A DNA stretch of 64,000 nucleotides, taken from Octopus vulgaris. Its lineage: Eukaryota. The first letter of the stretch is position 1. Every line of letters begins with the position of its first letter. The DNA is taken from contig OX597823.1 in assembly GCA_951406725.2 (NCBI GenBank), positions 110,298,001 to 110,362,000 on the forward strand, given 5' to 3'. Under the pieces are notes generated by a model that did not search any database, was not told the DNA's origin, and saw only the letters and a program-made list of their open reading frames with translations. Made by a program: the position numbers and the translations under genes. Of the stretch, positions 25,290 through 39,304 are shown piece after piece.

Positions 25290-25464
25290 TCTGTGTTTTT
25301 TCCAGGCAATGCTATTATGCTAATTAATAATGTGCCAATTAGCGGTGTCACTGATAATGTTTTCCTTACCTCAATAATGCTGGTGACTTATATTAAAAGT
25401 CCCCTTATAGAACTATATTCATAAAAAATGTATAGAACTATATTATCACCCTCAAATTTGAGAA

Positions 25465-25960
25465 TCAAACACTCATAACTTTTTTCTTTTAAACCTTAAT
25501 TGCATGAGATTGATACCATGAAATTCTTCGAATTGAGCTCTATCATTTAAGCTTAATTAATATATGGCTTGATTTTAAAATAAAAAGTTAATTGTTAATC
25601 CAATTTTTTGCCTTATATTTTTTCTTTCATATTTTACCTCACAACTTTTTGATACAAATTTTATTTCCATGGAACGAAAGCCATGAAATCCTTCATGCTT
25701 TCTTCTAACATTGAAACCAAGATAAATATATTTTGCTTTTAAATAAAAAAATGTTATTTAGATCTAAACCTGACTGCTGTCGTTACTTAATCTTCTATAA
25801 CAATGTAACAAATCATCAAGTAAATTTTTTCTACAATACTTCTTCATGAAGTATTTTATATGGAACTTGAGACGGCATACCTCCATGCTGATGCAATAAC
25901 TACTTTCACCCTTACTACGAGCTTACATGCACAAAGTAAAAGTTATAATCGCACAAGTTT
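25465..25960. repeat. Degenerate ~170-bp tandem units, probably DNA-transposon subterminal repeats
   Basis: Recurrent CTCA(T/C)AACTTTTT...CCATGAAAT(T/C)CTTC...TAAAATAAAAA at ~25470 and ~25638, weaker at ~25840. Confidence 0.45.
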
Positions 25961-26444
25961 TCCTGTTTTATTTTTTAGATCAAATTTGATAATATTCTTT
26001 CTTCGAGTCGCTTTCATAAATAGTAAAAAGTAATTGATTCCTATCTCACATGGGACTTGACAGAGCAACAAATATGAATAACAATTTCGTTATACAAATG
26101 ACTAATTTAAATAGACAAAGAATTTTAGAAACAGCAGCCAAAAGATTGCTTGGTCAGAAATACAGGTGTAAGTCTTCCTAGCATCTTCAGATTTATAATT
26201 CTCGAAATATTATGTCGATGAAGGAAATGAATTTTTATAATTCTAATCCAGAAACGCGTCCATAATTAATGGAAGACTGTTTGATTTCATTATTTTTCTT
26301 CTTTTTGCCTATGTGAGTTACAAATTAATGTTATCTGTGGAGACATATTTTGTAGGAAAAAGAAATAACAATCTTTTGGGTGCTATTTCTAAAATTTTCG
26401 GTATATGGTCAAGAAACTTGTTGCTATGCCCTTAATTATTGTTA

Positions 26445-26499
<55 letters not shown>

Positions 26500-26505
<6 letters not shown>

Positions 26506-26730
26506 ATAATAAATATTAGGGAATGAATCCAAAATTACAGGAAATATCAGATTTAGGGTTCAATCCAATTTTATAGTAAAATATTATATAATATAATTCG
26601 AGACAAAACCACTATTTTAAAACCAAACAAGGAAAGACTTAATATAAAATTTTAATATAAATTAAATAATTTATATTAAAATTTTATGTATTGATTAAGT
26701 CTTTCCTTTTTGTTTTAAAATAGTTCGAAT

Positions 26731-26740
<10 letters not shown>
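26500..26740. repeat. (TA)n-bounded module with terminal fold-back; same family as 48645-48860
   Basis: TATTAGGG..AA(C)TCCAAA..TACAGG...GAGA(C/T)AAAACCACTAT shared with 48650-48765; fold-back centred near 26665. Confidence 0.7.
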
Positions 26741-26777
<37 letters not shown>

Positions 26778-26827
26778 CATACATACATACATACATACAT
26801 ACATACATGCATACATGTATATATATA

Positions 26828-26948
26828 TTAGCCTGCTCGCTTAGCCGGCGGTGTGGCGTCATTTGGATGCTAAAACAATGCGAAGCGCATTATGACCAGC
26901 GATGTGTAGCAACATCTGATAGCCTGGTCGGTCACGGTGATCACGGTG

Positions 26949-26950
<2 letters not shown>
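26828..26950 (+). mobile_element. SINE family C 3' tail fragment
   Basis: Matches ~16205-16322, ending GTCACGGTGATCACGGTGAT. Confidence 0.85.
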
Positions 26951-27010
<60 letters not shown>

Positions 27011-28502
27011 TATATATATACGAGTGCTCGAATACGCATTGAGTCTTGGCATATGTGTGCATGTGTGTATCGGTATAATATGCCTCAATGTAAATCGTTG
27101 AATCCAACGAAAATAGCTCGTAGAAAGTAGTTATTGTACAGCGATGAGATATGATCCATTTCATCAATAGATATATTTAGTCATTCAAAAAATGAGAATA
27201 AATTAAAATAAGTACTAGATGAAGTATTTTAGTTGATATTATCGAGATAAATATTCGGGGACATGCTCTCCAGAACACCTGAGACCAATGACTGAAATCA
27301 AAAATATATATACATATATATAACCCCCCCCCACACACACACACACACACGAACAAACAAACAAATATACACACACATTCAAACACACATATTTGTATAT
27401 GAAACTGAAAACGTGTACAGGTTATTGTAATTTATGATGTTATAAAATAATTTATTGGAAATTCCATTTTCATTCTGCTCTACGATATATGTGTGCGTGC
27501 GTGTGTGTGTGTGAGTCTGAGTGTTTGTGTATGTATGAATGTATATGTGTAAGTGTGTGTATGTATAAGAATATTTATATGTAAGTATATATATATATGT
27601 GGGTGTGTGCATGTGTATGTATATGTGTTTGTGTAAGTATATAGATATTCATGTATGTATGGGTACATCTTTGTTGTATTTATAAACAATTAGTATTTAT
27701 TATTTTACTGCCCTGCTATGCATGAGCAATTGCATTTAGCTATATATCATCCTTATTGTATTTATAATAGATAAGTCCTAAATCACATTTCCTAATGTCT
27801 TTATTAAAATCATTATATGAATTGGTTGCTGGTAAACGTAAGTGGCTTGTGACGTTTGTCGCAAAGTAACGCACCGCTTACGATAGAAAGCTAAGCAAGA
27901 AGAAACGCGAACGTAAGGTGCTCTGGGGGACAAAGATTTCCTTTTATTGGCGAAGCATAAATTTTTTGCGCGTAGGTTGGGAGAAAACAATGCGAGGTTT
28001 CTTCGCAACAGAGATAACATATTTTTCTGTGACTTTACTGTTTTGTAGATGAAAGAAACTAACAAACACTTTTCTCGTTAACGAAGAGAAACGATCTGAA
28101 ACGTCGGCGAAATCTTCTACCAAACATATTAAAGCTTAAGAACCGTACTTTATTAATATAAGGCATATACATAAAGAAACATTTTTTTTTTCTTTTTGGA
28201 CAGACGGGAAAAAAAATTGACTACAAACGTTAGACTATATTTAATATACTATTACTAGCCAAAGATCCTTGAATCTTTGCTCTAACATTCAAGATACTGT
28301 TAATTCAAGCGGTTCCAATAATGTGTAAACATGGAAACGTTAAATTAACAGTGACAATTCAGGATATCTTAGCTCCTATTAAAACATTTTACAACCTGCA
28401 TGCTGATATGAGTATATATCCACATCCATATATCCATGTATCCCCACCCATCAATCTGTCCATTTACACCTATCTATACACATACACGCGGAGATATATG
28501 TA

Positions 28503-28568
<66 letters not shown>

Positions 28569-28779
28569 TGTGTGTGTGTATTATATTCATGTGTATATGT
28601 GTTATCTAAATATGCATATGTGCATTTTGCTTATCTGAAACTTTGAAAAAGAATGTGTATCTGTTATTAGTATCCCATAGTGTGTGACAGTGAATGAAAA
28701 CGCCGCCGTGTGAGAATGAACTCAGAACCACAGACTGCATTTTAAACATTTGAACCACACAGACATGCCGGCGCTATCG

Positions 28780-29123
28780 TATTCATATAAATTAATATCC
28801 ACTCTATATGCATATATACACTATCTATATGAGTATATGTGTATATAAATATTTACGTACATGCACATACACATATTCACACACAGACAAATACATACGC
28901 ACACAGACATACATATATATACATACACGTGCACACATATACGTATAGAAATACATTTATAAGTATCGAGGTATAGTACGTGTGCGACTCTCTGCCTATG
29001 TACGCATAGAGCTATGTAATATATGTGGACATATGCAAACAAACACGAGCCTACACTCCAACACATACATAAAAGCATAAACACATGCAGATATATCGAC
29101 ATATGTATATATACACACATATC

Positions 29124-29177
<54 letters not shown>

Positions 29178-29398
29178 TATATACATATATTAATATATAT
29201 ATACATACATATATATATATGCATATATATGTATATATATATAAATATAACATATACATGTAAATATATGTATATACATATATAATATGTATGTACATGT
29301 ATATGTATATACATATATATATATATGTATATATATTTATATATATGTATATATATACATATATATATATGTACATATAAATACATATATATATATAC

Positions 29399-29450
<52 letters not shown>

Positions 29451-29934
29451 ATATATAGTTAAAAACGTACATACATCAATGTATGCAAATATGTTTCAAC
29501 CATAGACAGAACTATATAATCTGCTCATATTTCTTTATCAATTCATATTATGAGATTTTCTTACGGCAAGTAACTTTTGTGTGTCAGAACACTCACTAAT
29601 AAATCTACTTACATCAAACATAGAAGCCTCCAATGTAAATATGGAGTGTATTTTATGTGAACAGGGTAGAATCGGTTTTAAGTACTTGCCTATTTACTTA
29701 GTGAATTTCTACGACTTTGTGTGGATTGTATTAATACATATCCATTTTGAGGTTGTAATATTAAATGTGCCAGTAAACACACATCTGTACACCGAAATAA
29801 AAACACACGCAGATACACATACACTCATGCAAACATAGACACACACGAAAGCGCACGTCAGAAACAATAAACAAATACAGGGCTACATATAAAATATGTA
29901 CACATCAACCAAACACACACGCATATTCATTTAG

Positions 29935-29989
<55 letters not shown>

Positions 29990-30379
29990 GGTTCGTGCAT
30001 AACTATATGTATGTGTGTCTGTATGCGCGTACTTGCATCCGTTTGTGTCAGTTTGTATATATGTATATTTTCAAATTCGCACAAATATATTCCTCTATTT
30101 GTGTATTGGAACTCTGGGGATTAATACATTTTATTGCTAAATATATGTGTGTATGTGTGTGTGTGTGTTTTTGTGTGTGTTTGTCTGAATGTGTATGTGT
30201 GTATGTACGCGCCTATGCTCATCTATACGTGCGTATATATGTGCAAACAGACATGTCTCATATGGTTTTGATAAATGTAATAATGGTGTATTTATCATTT
30301 TATTTCTATCATTATATAAACCTCTTTCTATCTACCTGCCTATATAGATACACACATAAGTACATACACAAATACATAT

Positions 30380-30469
<90 letters not shown>

Positions 30470-30599
30470 GCATAGAAACAGACATATATGTGTTTGTGTG
30501 TGTGTGCGTGTGTTTATATCTCAATACATACGTATACACATTTCTATATTTCTATATATCTGTGTATATATATATATATCTATATCTGTATACTTGTAT

Positions 30600-30642
<43 letters not shown>

Positions 30643-30682
30643 CACACACACACATATATATATATGTATTATATGTATATGT

Positions 30683-30723
<41 letters not shown>

Positions 30724-31264
30724 TGAGAATATTTGATTGTGTACTGATGACCATGTGTTAGCATTTTAATATTACTTGTGTATTTTATACTCCTATGCAC
30801 ACATTGATATTTAGCGTTACTCAAATACAAATACGCTTAGATATGCACGAAATCATATGTTTTTCTTTATAAAGTTATATTTCGTTGAATATAAGATCGG
30901 ATTTGTGAAAATGCATGTGTACACCAGTTAAGTTCATGTTAATGTATACATCTTACATCTATAAGCGTTGCATTTCTAAATACATATACATATGTATGTG
31001 TATGTATATATATGAATGTATGTATCTATGTATGTACGTGTATATGCGTGTTCGTGTGCGTACGCATTCAGAAATGTATATATGCTTACTTATATATACA
31101 TGAATATATATTTATCCCTGAATACACACACAGACACACACACACATACATATATATATATTGTCCATTGCACATTAGCAAAATCATATATGATACATAA
31201 ATATACATCGATGATACAGATATATATTCATATAGGCATATTTATGGGAACATATATAAAACCC

Positions 31265-31305
<41 letters not shown>

Positions 31306-31500
31306 GTATATATATTTATATATATACATATATACATATATACATATATACATATATATATATATGATATACCTATACATATATATATGCATATATTTAT
31401 GTATATATATGCATATATTTATGTATATATATATATACATATATACATGTGTATATATATATATACATATATACATACACACACCCGCATATATTTATTT
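28780..31500. repeat. Extended (TA)n/(CA)n/(TG)n low-complexity tract
   Basis: Directly visible; source of the YIYI/CVCV pseudo-ORFs. Confidence 0.9.
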
Positions 31501-32686
31501 GCTGAGAGAGAGGAGAGCGCGGGAGATAGGTGAAAATAATGATACAATCAGATCAAAGACCGTGTATGTATAGTGATGAGCTTTAAAAATAAATGAAAAA
31601 AGAAAATTATACGATGAACAAAATAAAACAAAGTTACAAAAAAAAGTACCTCAATAAACAGTGAAAGTGAGAGAAAAAATGAGTGCGACAGAGAGCGAGA
31701 GCGAGAGAAAGAAAACGAGAGAGGAAGAGGGCCAACGAAGTAAAGGAAAGAATTGAAAATAATAAAATAAAATATTATTATTAAAAAGGGGAAAAAAAGA
31801 CTTAAAATACATAACGAACATAAGAAATTTCCATCATAGAAAGCAATAAATTTAATTACAATCTGGTCACCACTGATTTACAACAGTCTTCTATATTTTG
31901 GGGATTTATTCCTGAAGATAATGACTGATGTCGTATTTGTTTTTTGTTGATGTTTTTCTTTTCCTTATATTCTGTTTTATTATATTATATTTCGGGTTTT
32001 CTTTTTTTTTCAGTTTATTTCGTTTGTTCCCATCCGCCTCCCCAAAACCCACTTTTCTCTCGTTATATATTGACCAACAGAAATCGATACACACCAGTTA
32101 TATAGCATATGCCTTTATAGATTTTCATGTTTGCAGTTTGAGATTAAAACAAGAGCGAACATCATCATTATCGTTACCATCAAGGTGACGGCTATAATGA
32201 TGATCATCATCATAGCATCAGATTTGACGAGATGAACTCGTAAATACGTATATATACATATGTATTTATATATACATAAATATATATACATACATGCATA
32301 CATACATACATACATACATACATACATACATACATACATACATACATACATACATACATACATCTATATATATATGCATATCCACATATATAGATATAAA
32401 CGCAGGAACTTATCTGGAACCAAGACAACATAGAATGTCTGACAAAATGAATCAGAAATTTTTGCGCATCTTTTCTCTTATACTTTTCTGCCTTTCTTTC
32501 ATTTTTTATTTTGACTGCTTTAATTTAAAACCCCATCGAATTTACCTTTGAATGTAATTAACTTCATGCGTGTCGTTGCACATGGCAGATGGGTATTAGG
32601 GTTCTTTTTATGTACTGTAAACTTTTCTGTAACATATATATACAGAAATTAAATCAAATAAAATACTGACAACCGCAGCAGTACAA

Positions 32687-32719
<33 letters not shown>

Positions 32720-32788
32720 TGTATGTATGTATGTATGTATGTATGTATGTATGTATGTATGTATGTATGTATGCATGTATGTATGTAT

Positions 32789-32894
32789 GTATACGGCCAT
32801 ATCACTTTGAAAACACCGGTTCTCGTCCGATCACCGAAGGTAAGCAACGTCGAGCCTAGTTAGTACTTAGCTGGGAAACCTAGGTGCTGTAAAC
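32789..32894 (+). pseudogene. 5S rRNA-derived sequence with box C region partly deleted
   Basis: GTATACGGCCATATCACTTTGAAAACACCGGTTCTCGTCCGATCACCGAAGGTAAGCAACGTCGAGCCTAGTTAGTACTTAG-CTGGGAAACCTAGGTGCTGTAAAC aligns with animal 5S rRNA but lacks about 12 nt (ATGGGTGACCGC). Confidence 0.92.
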
Positions 32895-32967
32895 GTCTTT
32901 CTGTCCTTAAAGGTGGTGCTCCAGCATGGCCGTAGTCAAATGACTGAAACAAGTAAAAGAGTAAAAG
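32789..32967 (+). mobile_element. 5S-headed retroposon (SINE3-like chimera) with family A / LINE-type tail
   Basis: 5S head, ~14-nt linker, then AAAGGTGGTGCTCCAGCATGGCCGTAGTCAAATGACTGAAACAAGTAAAAGAGTAAAAG. Confidence 0.75.
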
Positions 32968-33039
32968 TGTAATGGTAAATCGACATTTAAAAAGTAACCA
33001 ATCGACAAAAGTCAAGACGATGTAAACATCGAATGTTTT

Positions 33040-33180
33040 AACTTGACGCTCAGTGTAAAATGGAAAAAAAAAAGCGTGGGTGTACAGCGTTTCGAGCATG
33101 GCTCTTCGTCAGAAAGAGGAGAGAGGAAAGGTCTGAAGAAGGAAGAAAGCCCAAGAAATCAGGTGTGTGCTTACATAGCT
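33040..33180 (-). mobile_element. Penelope-like terminal fragment with hammerhead core (33083-33112)
   Basis: Minus strand CTGACGAA-GAGC-CAT-GCTC-GAAACGCTGTA. Confidence 0.6.
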
Positions 33181-33429
33181 GAGTGTGTATGGTTACATGC
33201 ATAAATGTGTGTGTGTGAAAGTTTGTATGCATGTATGTATAACCACTCAACTCGAATTTTTTTTCAGGTTTTAGATCCCACAGTAAACGTTCCGTTTTTG
33301 TTCTTAAACATGCTTTGAAAGAAATCTTCAGTATATACCATTTTCCATTCATCATCCTATGATGCATTTGGACACATGATTGCTGCTGCTTCCTAAGGTC
33401 ATTTGGTCTTTCGGGGTCATTCAGTCACG

Positions 33430-34460
33430 AACAACTTCACCCAGGTTACCCATTCGAGGTTGATTAAATATCAGTATGTATCCAACTAATACTATAAATA
33501 TTAGCAATAATTCTACCAGGCGTCGCATCTCCTTGAGATAAATTTCACTGCTTCCTCATCAAAGCTGGTGGCCCTCCACCTGCTACTTCTTGTGGTGCTA
33601 TGCATGTTATAAGCTCTGCAGAGGGGCTGGCTTGCAAACCATCTGAATTTCATTTCGATTGGGCACATCTTTTTTGCCACGATTTGCTTTAGCATATCTC
33701 CATAGATTCCATATTTCCATATTTTTTCTTTTACTGTCATTTTCCATCCCGATGGGAGCTACCCAGGGAATCGGGAAGAACGATTTTTAGCCCTAGTTAT
33801 GCTGAGGTGACAGTATCTGGAAACTTCAGTGGCCTCCCGCACGTTGACTTTCAGCTTCTAGTCTTTTTGTCGTTTCAGGGAGACCCGAAGCAGTGGGCCT
33901 AGCAGTAGGTATCCTTTTCACACCAGTATTGACAAAAGAATGATAAATGTATTCATCGTGCAGAGCCTGCGATGGCTAATCTCATTTCGCATGGTGTCTG
34001 TTACGACGTTGAAAGCTTGTTAATGCCTCCAGCAATAACATCACTCTCCTCGGGATTTCGCTCAGCTACTGAGGATTTCTTCTACAGTTCTTGTATTTGG
34101 ACACATAAGAACAAACCGATAATTCCAGCTTCCCACAGCAGAAGAAGTTGGATGAATCTAGTAGGACATCTTATGCAGCCTGAATTAGGAAGATTTTTCC
34201 AGTATAGCTCCATTTCCCAAAATTCATGCGCGCCAGTGCATGGTTCCCTCTTAACCAAGCTTTCTGGAGTTCCATCTTGTCACATTTGCTGGCTTGTTCC
34301 TTCCAACTCTTGATCAGTAGCCGCCTGTCATTTCCTTGCACTTTATCACAATGTGGTGTTGTAGTACCTCCTAGGCCAAGCCCTTCACAAGTTACAACGC
34401 TCGCAAGCAGTTTGAAATCATGACAACCACTATTGCGTCTTACGTTTGTCCTGTTTCAAC
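33430..34460 (-). mobile_element. Decayed RLE-encoding LINE 3' region, HERO-like
   Basis: Peptides GLGLG..PHCDK..NDRRLLI, FLIQAA*DVL, TVEEILSS, CYCWRH*QAF, CPIEMKFRWFASQPLCRAY...RRCDAW follow the HERO C-terminal order (HILS.C, RY.WRHDQVL, P.EVGCRGFAGQSL). Confidence 0.7.
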
Positions 34461-34814
34461 CATAATACAAGCATGAGAGACTTTAGGGTGCAGAAGTCTC
34501 GGTAATACAATTCCTTACCAGAACGCAACATTACAAATTCTTCTCTCCAGTAGCTGATATGGAGCTTAAATTTACTATTCTTTCCATTGTAGGGTGAAGT
34601 CTTTCAAGTGCCGAGTACCAGTGATTTACGCAGGAAACTACAATCTCACCTCTCCCAATGCGTTCAACCGTGGAAATTAGGATATCATATGCCAAGATAT
34701 CATATGCCAAGAAATAAACAAATAATCTTCCAAACTGCGACGGCCAAGAGTTAAGGGTCATTTAGAAAAACAATGAAAAATGGAACAAGAACAAAAAAGA
34801 AAACCTTACTATTA

Positions 34815-35610
34815 ATTTTTTTTGTGAACATCCCGTTACTCCTGACATCTGTTACCACCGGAATTAATCAATTTCTTGCAAAATGACGGAGTAATATTGT
34901 TCCATTCGTTTTCCAATAATTCCCAGAGTTCATCTTTGTTCTTTGGAATTTTCCTTCGCGTCCCATCTTCACTAATCTTCCAAATATTTACTATAGAGCT
35001 GATATCGGGACTTTAAGGTGGCCACTCCATGAGGTCAACCCCTTCATCACTCAACAAATCTTTGACTCTTTGTAATGTGACAGAGAGCGTTGTCCTGCAC
35101 GAAGATCTGCAGTCATTCACGAGATAACCTTTCACCACTTCTTCGTCAGACGTACATCCTGCCATCGGAACCAATCCCATTATACTTCGATTCTTCGCTA
35201 AAATTAACATGCGACCACTGTTCTTCCGTCCAAACATGTTCGTGAGCGAAACAAAACGGAATCTTTGATTCTTTTCGGTCATCAGATGTATTTTGCCGGT
35301 GCCAGAGCAAGCAACCCAAAATCTCGTAATTTCCAAGAATCAGTTTTGCACGATACGTTGACATTGAAAGTGGAGCTAAGCTTTCGGGATATCTCAGCAG
35401 CACTTCTAAACCTATCCTTCAGTGACTTTCTAACCATAACACGATCCTGTCTTGGTGAAGTTTTACAAGGTCTACCACTTTCAGGCTTAGCATCTATCGA
35501 TCCTGATGACTTAGAACGAGCTACACTTCATTGCACAACACTTCTTGACCTTCCTACCGTACATAGTGCCATCAGACGGTGAACGCTTATCACCTTTAAG
35601 CTCATAAATA
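34815..35610 (-). mobile_element. Tc1-family transposase pseudogene, internally deleted
   Basis: SGRPCKTSPRQDRVMVRKSLKDRFRSAAEI, FAHEHVWTEEQWSHVNFSEESKYN, FVQDNALCH, LMEWPP*SPDISSIVNIW, LWELLENEWNNI. Confidence 0.92.
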
Positions 35611-35685
35611 TTATTATCGTTTACAGTGATGTCACTCGTCAACGTTCAACGCAGGAAACATATATCCATATATAAACACACATAC

Positions 35686-35747
<62 letters not shown>

Positions 35748-35918
35748 ATATATATATATATAAATATATACATAAATAGATGAGTGTATTTTTACCTTGT
35801 TAACAATTAATAAATAAATAAATAGTTACCAGGGCAGCAAAAATCTCACAGTGGAATTTTCGAAACATGTGTCGAAAGTAAAAATATTTTATTACACCTG
35901 CGTTAACTCCATTTTTTA

Positions 35919-35966
<48 letters not shown>

Positions 35967-35968
<2 letters not shown>

Positions 35969-36087
35969 GGGTTTTTTTGCAACAAGTTGCTTAAACCACA
36001 TACCGAAAATATTAGAAATAGCAGTCAAAGGGCTATTTCTAATATTTTCAGGTATGTGGTTTAAGCAACTTGTTGCAAAAAACCCTT
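35967..36087. repeat. Near-perfect hairpin, ~56-bp arms, 9-nt loop, next to (TA)n
   Basis: 35967-36022 pairs with 36032-36087 apart from two single-base indels. Confidence 0.92.
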
Positions 36088-36171
36088 TATTATAATTTTA
36101 CAATTTTTACCGAATATGGTCCTTTCCATACCGAAATACTACTAGGTGAAATTTATTGATTTTATTATCTA

Positions 36172-36282
<111 letters not shown>

Positions 36283-36315
36283 TATATACATATATATATA
36301 TACACGCATACACAT

Positions 36316-36352
<37 letters not shown>

Positions 36353-36852
36353 AACACAACAACAGAGTTGTTTTTATTTAAGCAATACGAGAGTAAGTAG
36401 CCTCGATGCTTTATAACATTTTGTTTTATTCTTCTGTATTTTGAGGTTAAGTTATCCCAAGGAATATCGACTGTTCAAACTCGTTGATATTAATTAACCT
36501 TACACTAGTCTTTATAAGAAACGATAAGATAAGTGTACGACTTAATCGTTATCCAAATATTGTGTAGGACATTATACATCTTCAGCTTACCATTCGGTAA
36601 TGCGAGAATTCAACAAAGCTCCGCTCACATATGAAGCAAAGTTCAGTTCCCAGGAGACATTCCAGTCGTTGGCAATGACGAGCCACATCTTTTGATGGCT
36701 GCTTGGTCAGGCGGTCAAATGTCATTCTTACAGCAGAAAGGACTTTTAGGACTTTGGCGATCAGATCTATATATTCATACATACATACTTACATACATAC
36801 ATACATACACACATAGATACCTAGATACATACATGCATACAAATATACATAC

Positions 36853-36930
<78 letters not shown>

Positions 36931-36999
36931 GTATATATACGTATATATACGTATATATACTATATATATATATATATATATATTATACACTCTTTACTC

Positions 37000-37391
37000 T
37001 TTTAGTCTTTTACTTGTTTCAGTGATTTGACTGCAGCCATGCAGGCGCACCGCCTTTAGTCGAGGAAATCGACCCCCAGGACTTATTCTTTGTAAGCCTA
37101 GTACTTATTCCATCGGTCTCTTTTGCCGAACCGCTAAGTTACGGGGACGTAAACACACCAGCATCGGTTGTCAAGCGATGTTGGAGGGACAAACACAGAC
37201 ACACAAACACATACACACACACATATATATATATACATATATATGACGGGCTTCTTTCAGTTTCCGTCTACCAAATCCACTTACAAGGCTTTGGTCGGCC
37301 CGAGACTATGGTAGAAAACACTTGTTCAAGGTGCCACGCAGTGAGACTTAACCCGGAATCATGTGGTTGGTAAGCAAGCTACTTACCACAC
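37000..37391 (-). mobile_element. SINE family A, slightly 5'-truncated
   Basis: Reverse-complement match to 14930-15310. Confidence 0.92.
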
Positions 37392-37808
37392 ATATATATA
37401 CATACATATAATATTATTATCATTATTAAAGATAACAATACTAATAAAGTGGCTGGCAAGTTTAACCTAAATTGGCAAAATATGAAAAATAAATTAGGGT
37501 ACCGAAATATCCACATTGCTAAAATAGGTCTTAACATTCAAAAGTTGCAAATTTCTCACTATTAAGAAACACGCACAGTGAAATGAATAGTTTGAAAAAT
37601 AAATGAATGCTGTAAGCTGATGGATGATCCTTGAGTGTTACCGAACAAAAGTAAAATTAACTGATACCAAGGTAGTGTTCTTGCTTTGTGGTTCACGCAA
37701 AGGTAAGGCCTATTTCTATTACATTTTTTGCATTGAACGTGCGTGTTTCTTAACTTGTTGACTTCTATTTCTAATAAGCTGATAATTCAACACCCTTATT
37801 TATTTGTT

Positions 37809-37850
<42 letters not shown>

Positions 37851-37867
37851 CCTATGCATGCATGTAC

Positions 37868-37909
<42 letters not shown>

Positions 37910-38039
37910 GTACATGCATGCATGCATAGGCACACACACACACACATTGACCTTCACACATGCGCACAAACAAACGAAAAGGAACGCAGTGTAAATAGCG
38001 GACAGAGTCAAGGTTGCAAGACGCAACGAAAATTTTAGG

Positions 38040-38190
38040 AAAATAAAAATAAGAAGTTAGTGGAAAATTTTACCGATGAGTGTGTAACATTATAAGGCAC
38101 AAAAAGAAAATGACTCTCCCCAGATACAACAGAATATGCTTCAACACACGAACTCATATAAAGAATCTTGCAAACCAAATCCAAGAACAA
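38040..38190. repeat. Interspersed repeat, copy 1 (copy 2 at ~61160-61300)
   Basis: ACATTATAAGGCACAAAAAGAAAATGACTCTC.CCAGA.ACAACAGAATATGCTTCAACACACGAACTCATATAAAGAATCTTGCAAACCAAATCC shared. Confidence 0.88.
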
Positions 38191-38476
38191 TATATATATA
38201 TGAACAGTCGAAGCGTTCCTGTCACAATCTGAACCTGATGAATGCTTAAATGCAAGGAAGTATACTAGTTCAATGAGAATAGACATTTAATATTTAATTT
38301 TCAATATTTCATTTGTTCAATAAGACAATCTATACTTCATTTCATTTCTTTCTTACTATATATTCTATATTCTATTTTCTACATTAATATTATAAGAATA
38401 TAAATAAAACATAAAAAACAGAGTTGGAATTCCTTTGAGTAATATATTACTCTATACACAATCATACAAACCCCTT

Positions 38477-38536
<60 letters not shown>

Positions 38537-38906
38537 CATATACACATCTGAGCGGACAAACGAAAGAAAATGGCGCTCAGTACATTGAGTAGGAGTTACA
38601 TGTATTGCTGAAAACAGTTCGGTTCCGTGCTACTTCAAGAAACACACGGACACATACATACACATATATTTGTGTGTGTTTTTTCTATACGCCTGATTTT
38701 GCCAGAATTTTAAAATTTCTTAACGGATTGAATCTACTGAGATAAATTGTAAGTTCTAGAAAACTCAAATACACAATCGAAATGCTTAAGATTCAAAATC
38801 AAACATCATCAATTAAATTCAATAAGGTGGGATGTTATTGTAATATTAATTGTTTCTGGAATTAAGGAATAAATATTTCACAGAATTAACGGCTCAATGA
38901 AATATT

Positions 38907-39304
38907 CTTTTCTCCTCTAGGTACAAGGCCTCAAATTTTGGGGGAGGGAGCCGGTCGATTAGATCGACCCCAGGACGCAACTGGTACTTTATTTATCAAC
39001 CTCGAAAGTATGAAAGGCAAAGTCGACCTCGGCGGAATTTGAACTTAGAACGTAAAAGCAGCCAAAATACCTATTTCTTTATTACCCACAAGGTGCTAAA
39101 CACAGAGAGGTCAAACAAGGACAGAGAAATGGATTAAGTCGATTACATCGACCACAGTGCGTAACTGGTACTTAATTTATCGACCCCGAAAGGATGAAAG
39201 GCAAAGTCGACCTCGGTGGAATTCGAACTCAGAACGTAATGGCAGACGAAATACGGCTATGCATTTCGCCCGGCGTGCTAACGGTTCTGCCAGCTCGCCG
39301 CTTT
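38907..39304 (-). mobile_element. SINE family B dimer (tail 1 then tail 2) with 16-bp TSD
   Basis: GGCTCAA(T/C)GAAATATT at 38891-38906 and 39305-39320. Confidence 0.92.

Noticed and set aside
28780-31573. Many long ORFs rich in YI, CV or HT repeats, here and throughout the window
   Set aside because: Translations of (TA)n, (TG)n, (CA)n and (TATG)n microsatellites, which lack stop codons.
32789-32894. Functional 5S rRNA gene
   Set aside because: Single copy, box C region deleted, no T4+ terminator, fused to a retroposon tail.
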